DNA of 64,000 nucleotides from Setoptus koraiensis (lineage: Eukaryota > Animalia > Arthropoda), in assembly GCA_048013815.1 (NCBI GenBank), contig CM106586.1, positions 21,948,001 to 22,012,000 on the forward strand, written 5' to 3'. The stretch's first letter is position 1; each line of letters opens with the position of its first letter. Shown one piece after another: positions 20,901 to 32,078 of this stretch. The notes beneath the pieces are model-generated. The model was not told where the DNA came from, made no database searches, and was given only the letters and a program-made list of their open reading frames with translations. A program made the position numbers and the translations under genes.

Positions 20901-23900
20901 ACAGGCAACAAGTGTCTCAGCGAAGGCATGTGAAGGTAATAGCAATATGCGAGACTCCAGCAATAATGAGAACTCAAAAGAAGATATGATGATGAACGAA
21001 AAAGATGATGATGCTGTACGGTGCACAGTGCTTGGTGCACGGTGCATGGTGCACAGAGTGCAACACGAACGCAAGTGACTGGTGCAAGTGCATCATCGCA
21101 CGGACAAACAACGGACCGCAGCCATATTAGTTGGCTGCTTCACTTCAACCTGTCACTACAGTTCTTACACCTGTCCAATGTGTTGCTGTTGCCGCTGCTG
21201 CGGCCATTCCAGTAAAATGGTCATCGTTGTCCATTGTTGTTGGTGCTGGCCTGGCCATTGTGCGCTCACCTGTGCACCGCGGCGGCGGCCGTAGCAGCTT
21301 CAGTGTGGTGCGTGGCCAGCAACCAATAATGCTGCACCAAACATGAGCTTGCATCGCGACAGTGGCTCCTCCTGCAGACGGCCATCGGCACTATTTGTGT
21401 GAAACAATGGCTGCTCACAATTGTCAGTGCCATTGTGAGTCAGTGGGCACTCAATGGGTGCTGAAGCCCGCAAACTAAAGTGACCAACACTGACCACCCG
21501 ATATGAGGCTCGCATTTCAGGCCGAGAGATGGCGCGGCGAGCGCACTCTTCAAACTTTTATTTTCGCCATTTTATATCTGTATTTGTACCCTATTAACGC
21601 GATGAGATCGCCCCCCCCCTCCCCGAAATCTCGTTGTGGGATGCTCTCGATGTGTAAGCGGCCCATACTGTGTACAGTAAAGTGTGGGTAAAGTGTAGGC
21701 CCACAATAGCACATGTAGGGTTAACACACCATTGGATGGTGACCAATTGGGCAAATCTGTTGCTGATCAACAGTTGACGACAACGAGCAGTATACAACAG
21801 CGATATTTAAAAGTATCAGAGCGCAACAAACAAAACAAATGTTTGCAATGATGCGAACGACGCGGAGAAAGTCCAAATGTTGCACCATGTGATCGCAGCG
21901 AGATTTTCGGACGGGACATTATCGTTCAAGTTGGAACTGGGCAGCAACACTGCAAGTCGAGCAACACTGCACGCCGACTCGAAGCGGTTGCCCACTAAAC
22001 CACTGCGACTTATGGCCCAGTAGAGTTCCAATGGGAGAGCCTGCTGGCCGCCAGACTATTAGGAGACAGTTCCCACGCTAGAATGTGTGTCCTTTAACTG
22101 TGGCCATCTTTCTTCTTCGGGCAACTGTTCTTTCTGCGTTCTTTGGCCCTCTCGGTGCGCTTCTCGCGAACACTTCTCGCACACTCGGCCAGCGCATACT
22201 TACTTACAGTGTATTTCGAAGCGATTCGAGGGATGGAACCAACATATGCATCGTTTAAAAAACTGGCAGAGAGAGAGTGCTCGTGCTCGCATAACACATT
22301 CGCTCGTTGTTGTTGTTGTTGTTCGTTGGCCGTCAACTGAACTGTTCGGTTGGTGAGCTGTTCGGTTATTGGACTGTTCGGTTAGCAAATTTAGAAACAC
22401 ACACACACACATGTACGTACATACATGAACGTGTATGTGTGTCAGAGATTAACACAGTGACCAGAGTACAATGGAAGAAATTGGAGCATCATGCGCGACA
22501 ACAAAGAACAACAACAACAACAACAAACTGCACGTTCGAACGGCAACAGTTGTGCGCCGGTCGCAACAATGAGCAAATTTCTTCTCCTTTCTCGACTACA
22601 AAAGCATTGCGACGAAAGCATATTTGCGACAATTCTTTTCATGCCAACTTTTGATGGGCTCAGCTTCTCGAGGCACCGAAGCAGACCCCTGAGCTTCTTG
22701 CTCTGCGCCCTGTCCAGCCATATATAGCAGTGCATTTGCAGCAGCGTACGCGCACTAGACAAATAGATTCGTCAGCGAACAGTCAGGTCACCAGGTGAGG
22801 GCGACCCAGTTGACGCCGCTACAAAAATGACCCCTCTAAAAAGCGAGCTGCTCCGACAGATTCAAGAAAGCAACCCAAAGATGCGTCGGTCGCGCAAGGC
22901 CAAGTCCCAGATTTAAACTTTAAACTGACTGTGCCTTTAAACCTGTGTCTACAGTTTATTTTGTGCTTTTTATGCTCTTATATTCTGATGTTCTTATATT
23001 CTTCTGTCGCATTATTCTGTCTCATTATGCTGTATTATTGCTGGCCCGGCTATATCTGCGCACACTAAAACATAACAGATAGTGAAAATTTGTCGTTGTT
23101 ACTAGAGGCTCGAACAAAGAGCCTTCAGCTAATTAATTGAGCAAAACCTATTTCCTCTCTCGACCTTGCTCTTCTTGCTGCACCAGCACCAATACACAAC
23201 AGGTCCGCTTTGCATCTTCTCGGTGCTCGCGGACACATTCAATACTATCCTATCATAGATTGTTATCTCTCGCTACAATTGCTACTTTCTTCTTCCACTG
23301 TTCTACACACTATACACCATTACCATCAGTATACCATTTACATAGGCAGACAACACACAGATACACTGGTTGGTCGAGGAAATGGATAAATGCTGTGACA
23401 GTGCGAGTGACCAGAGCTGCGATACAGCGCGAGTTGGCTAGTTTTGTACGACTCAGATTCAGCTATTTTGCACACTGGATAAAAGGGAGGAGCCAGCCCG
23501 AAGCCATGCTGGTTGTCATCTTCATCGGCACAGGTTAGGTTATTCACTTTCTTCGTTTTCTTCCGAAGGGCAGCTCGCCTTCGTTGATGATGAGCGCCGG
23601 CCAACAAAGAGACACACTCTTGTTATACCCGGTGCCTGCAAGCCTCTATAGCTCGCTCTTCATTTTGCTTCCTTCCAGTGCCCATCATGCATTCGATCCA
23701 GTGACAAGCGAAATAATCGAGTAAAATGAAATAATGAATGATGCTTGCGACGCCATCATTTCAGCCAGCCATTGTGAACCGCTGCTGCCGGGGAGATGTC
23801 TGCTGGCTCCCTGTCGAGGATTATCTCGTATTAAAAAACGAACTCCACGCACCAGCCCTACGGCTAGATGCCAATTCATACATGGTGCCACAGCCGAGAC

Positions 23901-25068
23901 ACACAATCTCCACTTGCCCACTGCTCCGATGCACAACCATTATAGCTGGAGCATGCCAATCTATGCCAGGTTGAGCTGCAGAAACGGTGTTGATTCAATT
24001 ATGGCCGGCAACAATCGCACATTCACCGATGCACTTACCTGGCGTAATATAAAATGCGTGTCGAAACTCGTGAGTGTGTGCTTATGAAGCTCAGCTTGCT
24101 AAGGTTGCCAGCGTGTTGGGCCACTCAACTCAAATCGAAGCCTCACCGCAGCATACGACAGCCAGCCACTAGTTAGACCGTCGAGTTTTGTGAATTGTTC
24201 GCGGCTAAAACCGCGACTGGCTTGTGTTGGTTTGCTGCGAGGTTTTTGCTGGTGCACTCTGGCGTTCGCATGGCAACACTTGTAAGCAAACACGGCGCTT
24301 ATTAGGTAGGTGTTTGCTCTCTCTCTCTCTCGGTTCAATATAATTTAATTGCCAGCGAGCTTTTTGTTTGTGCGAGCGCACTTCTTTATCTTGTTCTTCT
24401 TTTCGTTAATGGCGCCATCATTCGCACTTGCATGACAATAGATAGAGAATAGAGGTTGCTTGCGCAATCTTTGCCAGTTGCCACTTGTTGCTGGCTAGTC
24501 ATTAGTGGACACTCAAGCGATTGGGCGCCTCAGCCGGACACTCGTTGACATGAGTTAACGGTCAGTGCCGGCAGACTCTGGTTTGGTCTCAGGCCAGGCA
24601 ATTTCAGTGACAGTCAGTCGAGTGACAGTCAATGGAGCGACAGTGGACTGGGCGACAGTCGCTGTTACCTGGCGCGCTTGCGACCGCATCCAACCAACAA
24701 ACGAACTGAACCGAAAAGATTTGGAGGGTGTATTTGGCGAAAGAGAAGTTTTATTTTTGTTCTTGTTGGCGACAGGAGAAACAAGAGCCGAACGGAGCGT
24801 TGTTTTTGCCAAAAACTTTTTGGGCGAGCAACTGGGCTCGGTTGGCGAACAGTTGCAACTTACAAGTTGATATATACGTGTGTTGATATGTATACGTGTG
24901 ATAGCATCGAGGAAATGGGGAATTCGGTCGTCGTTATTGTTCGCCATTGGAGCGTTGCTCCATTGTCGAATTGTCAGTGGGCACACAGTTGCCCTAATCA
25001 TTGGTGGTGATGATGCGTGCGTGCACATGACAATATCTGTGCGTAGCGGCCCTTCTTGCCTCTCTACG

Positions 25069-25212
25069 ATCTACTTGCCCCCCTCTGCAATCTACTTGCC
25101 CCCCTCTGCAATCTACTTGCCCCCTCTATAATCTATTCGCCCCCCTCTGCAATCTACTTGCCCCCTCTATAATCTATTCGCCCCCCTCTATAATCTGTTC
25201 GGCCCCCGCCCC
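25069..25212. repeat. 20-21-bp minisatellite x7 (ATCTACTTGCCCCCCTCTGCA and variants)
   Basis: Units start at 25069, 25090, 25111, 25131, 25152, 25172 and 25193. Confidence 0.9.
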
Positions 25213-26277
25213 ACCTCCCGGCCGACTGTTGCTCGCTCCAGTTGTGTCCAGCATCGAATGTATATCGAATTGTATGCAGAGAGAGAACAATTACGATGCA
25301 GCAACAATCGACGCTGGCCACCGCACGCATCACACACACACACACGTGATAATATCATGAAGGTTGTGCGTACGCTCAACAGGCCTGCAATTGTGTCGAT
25401 GGCTTGTGTGAGTGCCACAGATAGACACAGAGAAGGCGCATACACTGTGAAAAAACACATAAAAAGTTCGCTAGTTGGCCGCTCCACTGTTGTCGCCCCC
25501 TCGCTCGCCCCTCTATTTGGGCCTGTCGCACGATGCGCAGGAGCGCCTTTTGTGCCGGCTCGCATGCTCCTCTGGCTCCTCCATTTTGTTTACTATCGCC
25601 GTAATGATCGCATATGCGTGGTATAAGTAGTGGTTCGGTTCAATGGCGTCAATGGTGGATCGCGCTTGCATGTGTGTACTTTAACACACACACAGTTTGT
25701 GGGTAACAGAGGCAAGCGAGAGCCACTGCACGGCGGCATCATCATCGCGGGCATCGTTCGCCGATACCAACCATTGCCTATATACAGCCCAGTGCACAGT
25801 GCTGGTACATTCACGCTACGCACACCGACCGAGCTGGCCCGTCTGATTCGACTCGATTGGATCATTCATGGAATTGTCGCGAGTTCATTCGATTCCAGCG
25901 CACGAATAGAATTGTTGTGTGAGTGTGTGTGTGTGTTTATCGGCCCACCAATACTGATCGCTGCTATGGCTACGACCGATAACAGCGCAACAATTAACAA
26001 CTAGCAACAAACGTACTATCGTTATTATTATTCCCATTGCCACTCACTCATTACACTTGCAACAACAAATATTATCAAATTCATCAATTATTATCAATTA
26101 TTGTCAACAGCATCGTCAATATTGTCCAATTCGAATTGCGAAATTCGAATCGCCAAATCCAAAGCTCAGCGTCAGCCTCAAATGTTGACACCATCGTCCA
26201 ACAATCAACAGTCAGCGAGCCGCGCCAAGATGCTCAAAACAAAGTTGTGAAACAATCAGAGCCAAGAATGAGCTGAG

Positions 26278-29200
26278 ATGAAAGCCAAACACAAGATACA
26301 TAGCTACTCTATTGGTTCATTATATTCATTAGTATTAATCAATTATTCACTTGTTATTCACCTATTATGTTCAACCTTAATTGTTACATCAGCCAGTGGC
26401 GGTAGCTTAACAAGATCCTCGGCGCTGTCCACGCCGTCCAAACAACATCATGTTGCCAGCCACAATTCAAATGATAATCACAACAAAAGTGCCTACACAG
26501 AAACGCTGCCACCCGTTGCGCAAAAAAGATTAATAACCAGTGATCTATTGAGCGATTGGACTTATCTGCCCAATGTTTTGCCACCTATTTCTACGCACCC
26601 CTATTACAAGCCCTCGTTGTATCACAGACCCTCGTCGTCAGCATCGGCGCACGTTAATCCGGTACACGGATATGCCAGCAACAGTTCGTCACAGACAGTC
26701 GCAACTCAGCAAGCCAGTGCAACAAATCGTGCATCGTCGTCGGCCTTGGAAGGAAAAAACTATGAAACTAAAATATGCATCGGAACAAGCGGCAGACTAT
26801 CCGCGCCCCAAAACAAAGATCACCACTATCAGAATATTCGCGACAGGTACACCAATTGTACCTATGTCGACGGCAATCTAGAAATAACATGGCTTCAGTC
26901 CGACGTAGATCTCAGCTTTCTCAATTCCATCAGAGAGGTCACCGGCTATGTACTGATAGCCTATGTTAATGTGCCCAAAATCAAAATGCACAATTTGCAA
27001 ATAATACGCGGCAGAGAGCTGTTCAGCACCATGTCAATGTCCGACGACAAATATGCACTATTGGTCACCTCAAGCACAATGAAAAATTTAGAGTTACCCA
27101 AGCTTCGTGATATTCTAATTGGTAGCGTGGGCATCTTTGAGAGTCCAAACATGTGTCACATCAAGACCATTGATTGGGAAGAGATTCTTAGTGGGCCCGA
27201 CGCAAAAACATTTTATTATTACAACAACACTGTTCCAGCAGAAAATTGTCCTTGCAACACATGCGATCATGGCTGCTGGTCCGACGAACCACAAATGTGC
27301 CAAGAGATGACCAGAAAGAATTGTCATCCTGCCTGCCAACGAGGTGGTTGTTATGGGCCTAAACAAACAGAATGTTGTAATGCCTTCTGTGCGGGCGGTT
27401 GCACCGGCCCAAAACAAAGCGATTGTCTGGCATGCAAAAACTTCTACGACGACGGTGTCTGCCGACAGGAGTGCCCCTCCATGATGAGGTATAACCCCAC
27501 AAGTTATTCATGGGAAACCAATCCTGGTGGTAAATATGCATATGGGGCAAATTGTGTTAAAAATTGTCCCGATCACTTACTTCGAGACAATGGAGCTTGC
27601 GTCAAGACCTGTCCGCCCAACAAGCAAAATCAAGGGGGTGAGTGCGTGCATTGTACAGGTCCATGCCCCAAGGAATGTCAGGGCGTCGACACAGTACACT
27701 CAGGCAACATAGAATCTTTTAGAAACTGCACACAAATAGAGGGATCCATCACCATATTGGACACCTCATTTAATGGTTACACAGAAGTTTATCCCAACAT
27801 GACTCTGGGAGCTAGATATCCTCCATTGCATCCTTCAAAATTAGAGGTTTTCAATACTCTGAAAAGTATTACTGGATTTCTCAATATACAGGCGAACCAC
27901 TCAGACTTTAAAAACTTATCGTGCTTTCAAAACCTAGTGACCATTGGCGGACGCCAAACTACCGATATGCTGACAACTTTGAACATATTGAAGACATCGT
28001 TGGTGTCACTAAATTTGCGATCTCTAAAACACATTCGATCTGGAAAAGTAGCAATTGTCGAGAATCCGGATCTATGTTTCACTTCAGCAATCAACTGGAC
28101 TAGGGTGACCCATGGTGAAGTCACAATAAAACTCAATGCAGACAGTAAAAGATGCGAGAATCGCGGTCTTGTTTGCCATGAGCAATGTTCTCAGGATGGA
28201 TGCTGGGGACCTCAATCTGACGAATGCTTAGCATGTAAAAACTTCAAGCTTGATGATGGGCATTGCGTGGAGGATTGCAAAAATTCACGCACAGATCCAA
28301 TTAGTTCGTACAATGCCGGTAATAATACTTGCCAACGATGCCACGAAGAATGTGCAAATGGATGCCACGGGCCAAATCACAAGGACTGTGAACAATGCAA
28401 AAATGTCAAAGATGGTCCCTACTGCGTACATGTGTGCCCGATTTCGAAATATAGCAATGCATCAAATCATTGCGTTGATTGCCATGAAAGTTGTGCTGGG
28501 GGCTGTACAGGCCCATCAAACAAAATTGGGCTTCTTGGATGCAATTCGTGTCATAAGGCTGTCGTTAGTTGGACTGACCCCAGCGTGATAGACTACTGTA
28601 TTAAGTTGGAGGATCAATGTCCAAGAGGGTACTATTTAGAACACAATACCTGTCGCAGATGTCATCATCGATGTAAGACATGCACCTCGGGGGGAACTCA
28701 CACATCTGTTTGCGAGTGTGCAAAATATGAAGTCTTTGAACAATGTGGAGACGAATGTCCAAGAGATCACTACCTCAATGGGACTAGGTGCACTCAATGT
28801 TCTAATAGCTGTAACGGATGCACAGGGCCAACTGATGCAGATTGTTTGGCGTGCAGGCAATTCAAAGTCTTCCGTGGCTCAGGACCGGATTCAGGATCAG
28901 AGTTCAATTGCACAGAGCAGTGCCCCAAAGACAAACCGTTCAGAGTGATAGTAAATGTTGGCGATCCTTATTGCTCTGACAAAGACAGGTCCATCTCTGA
29001 ACTTCTCATATCTGATCATGCCGTAAGCACATCACAAGGTATTGCCATGACGTTGAGTTTAATTATAGTATCGCTAGTCTTATTTTTTGCATACAAGTGT
29101 CAGAGGGTAAGATCTGAGGAGCACACAGCAAAACTGACGATGAGAATGAGCGGATTCGACGATAACGATCCCTTACAGCCATCAAACATTGAGCCGAATT

Positions 29201-30657
29201 TAGCTAAGTTGAGAATCATCCAGGAATGCGAACTAAGAGAGGGTAAAAAACTGGGCGAGGGCTTTGGTGGTATTGTTTATCAAGGACAATGGTTCGAGAA
29301 CAAGTCAAACTTTCGTCCTGTAGCCATTAAAGTATTGCGAGATGGAGCTCAGCCTAACATGAACAAAGATTTCTTAGAGGAAGCTAAATTGATGGCCAGT
29401 GTCAATCATCCAAATTTAGTTAAGTTACTAGGCTTATGTATGACATCTAGATTAATGCTAGTCACAGAGCTGATGCCGCTAGGATGTTTGGCGGAATTTG
29501 TTAGGGATGAGAAACACAAGGAATGCATCAATTCTGAATATCTACTCAAATGGTGCGTACAGATCGCGGAGGGTATGGCATACCTGGAAGCAAGTAAAAT
29601 TGTTCACCGAGACTTGGCGCTTCGAAATGTGCTTGTGCAACAACCTGGACGTGTATTAATAACCGATTTTGGATTAGCAAAACTTTTGGAAACTAATGAA
29701 GGCGAATATCGATCAAGTGGAGGTGAGGTGCCAGTGAGATGGCTCGCGCCAGAATGCTTGCAGATGAGGATATTTACTCACAAGAGCGACGTTTGGGCAT
29801 TCAGTGTTACTGTGTGGGAGTTGTTAACCTATGGAAAACTGCCGTATCATGATATGAAGGCATATGAAGTTCCCAAGTTTGTGATTGGTGGTGGAAGATT
29901 GACGCAACCAGAGTACGCTAGCATCGACGTCTTTCTCACAATGACTAGCTGCTGGATGGTGCAACCAGAGGACAGGCCATCGTTTGTTGATCTAGTTGAT
30001 AGTTTCAAAAAGTACTCTCGTGATCCATTGCGATATTTAGTGATACCTGGTGACAGGTTAAAACGTTTCGTATACTACCCACACTTAGGTGATAGCATGA
30101 ATTCTCCCACGGAGGAACGATCTTGTGAGTTACCGTATCCTCTAACACCCTGTGAAAAAATGGCATTCGATTTTAAATCACCACGAAAGAGCCACGATCG
30201 TCATTGCGAAACGCAAAATTTTACTTTCTCTGTCGAAGACATTAACAACAATAAGAAGAATGTTGGTAGCTATAGTAATCGCAAACCTATGAGACCTAGT
30301 GTTGATATGTTACCTTACCTGGATGGGAAAAGATTTCTCAGTGATTTCAATTTCCACGACGAACATGACTCCCTCTTCCCTAGAACGCCCATCATTAAAC
30401 AGCATGCTGATGATCTCAATTTACCTATGGACGACGATGGCTATATTCTACCATCAGTAAGTTTTATCGATCCAGATTATTCTATGAATATCAGCGAAGT
30501 CGACAATCCAGAGTATCATATGAAATACAATAACTATTATCAGCAGCATACCCCGATCGATCAATACTCCAAGAGGTCAACAAGCGAAGATTTGTCATCA
30601 AGTGATCGTGCTAGTGACTCAAATTCTTACACTAAGCCTAGCGAAACCGCTGTCTGA
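26278..30657 (+). CDS. EGFR: Epidermal growth factor receptor, paralog B (1459 aa, intronless)
   Basis: Same domain order as paralog A; kinase domain identical in protein sequence; tail with DDDGYILP, VDNPEY and terminal ETAV. Confidence 0.96.
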   Translation: MKAKHKIHSYSIGSLYSLVLINYSLVIHLLCSTLIVTSASGGSLTRSSALSTPSKQHHVASHNSNDNHNKSAYTETLPPVAQKRLITSDLLSDWTYLPNVLPPISTHPYYKPSLYHRPSSSASAHVNPVHGYASNSSSQTVATQQASATNRASSSALEGKNYETKICIGTSGRLSAPQNKDHHYQNIRDRYTNCTYVDGNLEITWLQSDVDLSFLNSIREVTGYVLIAYVNVPKIKMHNLQIIRGRELFSTMSMSDDKYALLVTSSTMKNLELPKLRDILIGSVGIFESPNMCHIKTIDWEEILSGPDAKTFYYYNNTVPAENCPCNTCDHGCWSDEPQMCQEMTRKNCHPACQRGGCYGPKQTECCNAFCAGGCTGPKQSDCLACKNFYDDGVCRQECPSMMRYNPTSYSWETNPGGKYAYGANCVKNCPDHLLRDNGACVKTCPPNKQNQGGECVHCTGPCPKECQGVDTVHSGNIESFRNCTQIEGSITILDTSFNGYTEVYPNMTLGARYPPLHPSKLEVFNTLKSITGFLNIQANHSDFKNLSCFQNLVTIGGRQTTDMLTTLNILKTSLVSLNLRSLKHIRSGKVAIVENPDLCFTSAINWTRVTHGEVTIKLNADSKRCENRGLVCHEQCSQDGCWGPQSDECLACKNFKLDDGHCVEDCKNSRTDPISSYNAGNNTCQRCHEECANGCHGPNHKDCEQCKNVKDGPYCVHVCPISKYSNASNHCVDCHESCAGGCTGPSNKIGLLGCNSCHKAVVSWTDPSVIDYCIKLEDQCPRGYYLEHNTCRRCHHRCKTCTSGGTHTSVCECAKYEVFEQCGDECPRDHYLNGTRCTQCSNSCNGCTGPTDADCLACRQFKVFRGSGPDSGSEFNCTEQCPKDKPFRVIVNVGDPYCSDKDRSISELLISDHAVSTSQGIAMTLSLIIVSLVLFFAYKCQRVRSEEHTAKLTMRMSGFDDNDPLQPSNIEPNLAKLRIIQECELREGKKLGEGFGGIVYQGQWFENKSNFRPVAIKVLRDGAQPNMNKDFLEEAKLMASVNHPNLVKLLGLCMTSRLMLVTELMPLGCLAEFVRDEKHKECINSEYLLKWCVQIAEGMAYLEASKIVHRDLALRNVLVQQPGRVLITDFGLAKLLETNEGEYRSSGGEVPVRWLAPECLQMRIFTHKSDVWAFSVTVWELLTYGKLPYHDMKAYEVPKFVIGGGRLTQPEYASIDVFLTMTSCWMVQPEDRPSFVDLVDSFKKYSRDPLRYLVIPGDRLKRFVYYPHLGDSMNSPTEERSCELPYPLTPCEKMAFDFKSPRKSHDRHCETQNFTFSVEDINNNKKNVGSYSNRKPMRPSVDMLPYLDGKRFLSDFNFHDEHDSLFPRTPIIKQHADDLNLPMDDDGYILPSVSFIDPDYSMNISEVDNPEYHMKYNNYYQQHTPIDQYSKRSTSEDLSSSDRASDSNSYTKPSETAV
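29021..30070. repeat. Inverted-repeat arm pairing with 7109-8158 (EGFR TM-juxtamembrane-kinase)
   Basis: As above; 29021-29969 shows no mismatch by eye. Confidence 0.93.
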
Positions 30658-30763
30658 GATCTCAAGTCAATGATAGGTTCTACTAATCACTCGAAAGTTG
30701 CAATCGAGTTTACTATCTACAGCTGCTACCCTTCTAGCAGTTACATTTCATGGATAATATCGA

Positions 30764-30844
30764 GATGATTTGTTTTTTTAGTCTCAAAAATTGTACATAT
30801 ATTAGAGAAAGGAATGTGATTGAATAAATTATTAGCAGAATAAA
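30764..30844 (+). promoter_or_regulatory. EGFR-B 3' UTR cassette: TGTACATA (30792-30799), TGTGAT (30815-30820), AATAAA (30839-30844)
   Basis: Motifs read directly; spacing identical to EGFR-A. Confidence 0.6.
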
Positions 30845-32078
30845 GATAAAATTGCTCCAACGCGGCGAGAAAGTCTTAAACTAACAAGGTCAACTTTTTT
30901 ACGCGGTACAAGAGATTCCAACTGACTATAGCCTAAATGAGAGAGTGTTAGGATCAATCTTTTTTTTTGCCTTAAACATTGCAGAAAAACGGCAAAAACG
31001 GGTATATGACTAGTGTATTTGTGCTCAGCTCAACCAGCCGAGAACAGACGGGCTAAGCATAGCCCAATAGGAGTCCAACACCTAAGTGGGGTTCCTTGTA
31101 ACTCACGAGTTGTGAGCAAGAACGTATAGCGAAACTGATTTTTATTAAGAATATGCAAGGTTTATATATGATTTCCTTTCCCATATCTTTACAATCTAAT
31201 AATTAGTCATCGTTACATTTATATAACAAGGTAACCAAATGAAAGATCTCATGTGCTCATATCGAATGTGAGAGGCACATTATTGTGCTCGAAACAGTGA
31301 AGATTTAGCCGAACACTGAATATAATGTATTTAGCCCTCTAAATCAACAAATTCATTAATTACGTTCTATAGCAATCTGTAATTCCCTGCAAGACATTCC
31401 TGGCTTGCGAATGCTTCGTCATGCAATGGCGATTTGGCGGGCTATAGGATGGATTACACTTTTTCGCTATTGATAGGCCAACCACAACTCTGTAAAATAG
31501 ACAGCAATTTCGGTCGAGCTGGACATTTTTTTTCTGCCGATAGTCACTTCGTGGATGACGATCGGCTGTAAATCAAACGTGTCTCTTTTTCGTTGCTTGA
31601 CGTATCAAGGCTTGTTAGTGACACTTCATTTCGTTTTTATCTTGAAAGTTCGTTCTGGAGAGCCTAATGCCATTGACACTAGCTTGATCTATTGGTTGCG
31701 CATCAAGCACAAAAGTTCAATGAAAGAAGCAAGCGAAAATATAGTTATAAATACTGCGACGCGATATATGCGCTGATGAAACAAAGCAAGAATAACAGTG
31801 TATAGCTAGAATTGGTTGGATAAATGTGACCATGGCTGTGTGCGCATGGTTAGCGCTGTCACCGAAGCCAGCGCATAGACTGGGGCCTAGACACACAGGG
31901 TTTCGGTTGGGCCCCAGTGAGAGTTCTTTGATCTTTCTTTTGTTTGTTCCATTCGGATTCTCAAGCTAGCTTCAATCAGATGAATCAGTGATCGAATGGA
32001 CAGTGTTACTGCAGTGTGTTTCAAGTCTCATTGTATTTGGATTCGCGTCACCATTGCCGCACAGGAGTGAACAACAAA

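Noticed and set aside
14551-25212. Short tandem repeats as possible CRISPR arrays
   Set aside because: Units are directly adjacent with no unique spacers; eukaryotic context; no cas genes.
30866-31140. GAAAGTC...ACAGACGGGCT resembling RNase MRP/P P4 halves, plus nearby hairpins
   Set aside because: Intervening T6 and T9 runs would terminate Pol III; the matches are short and the hairpins are of chance quality.
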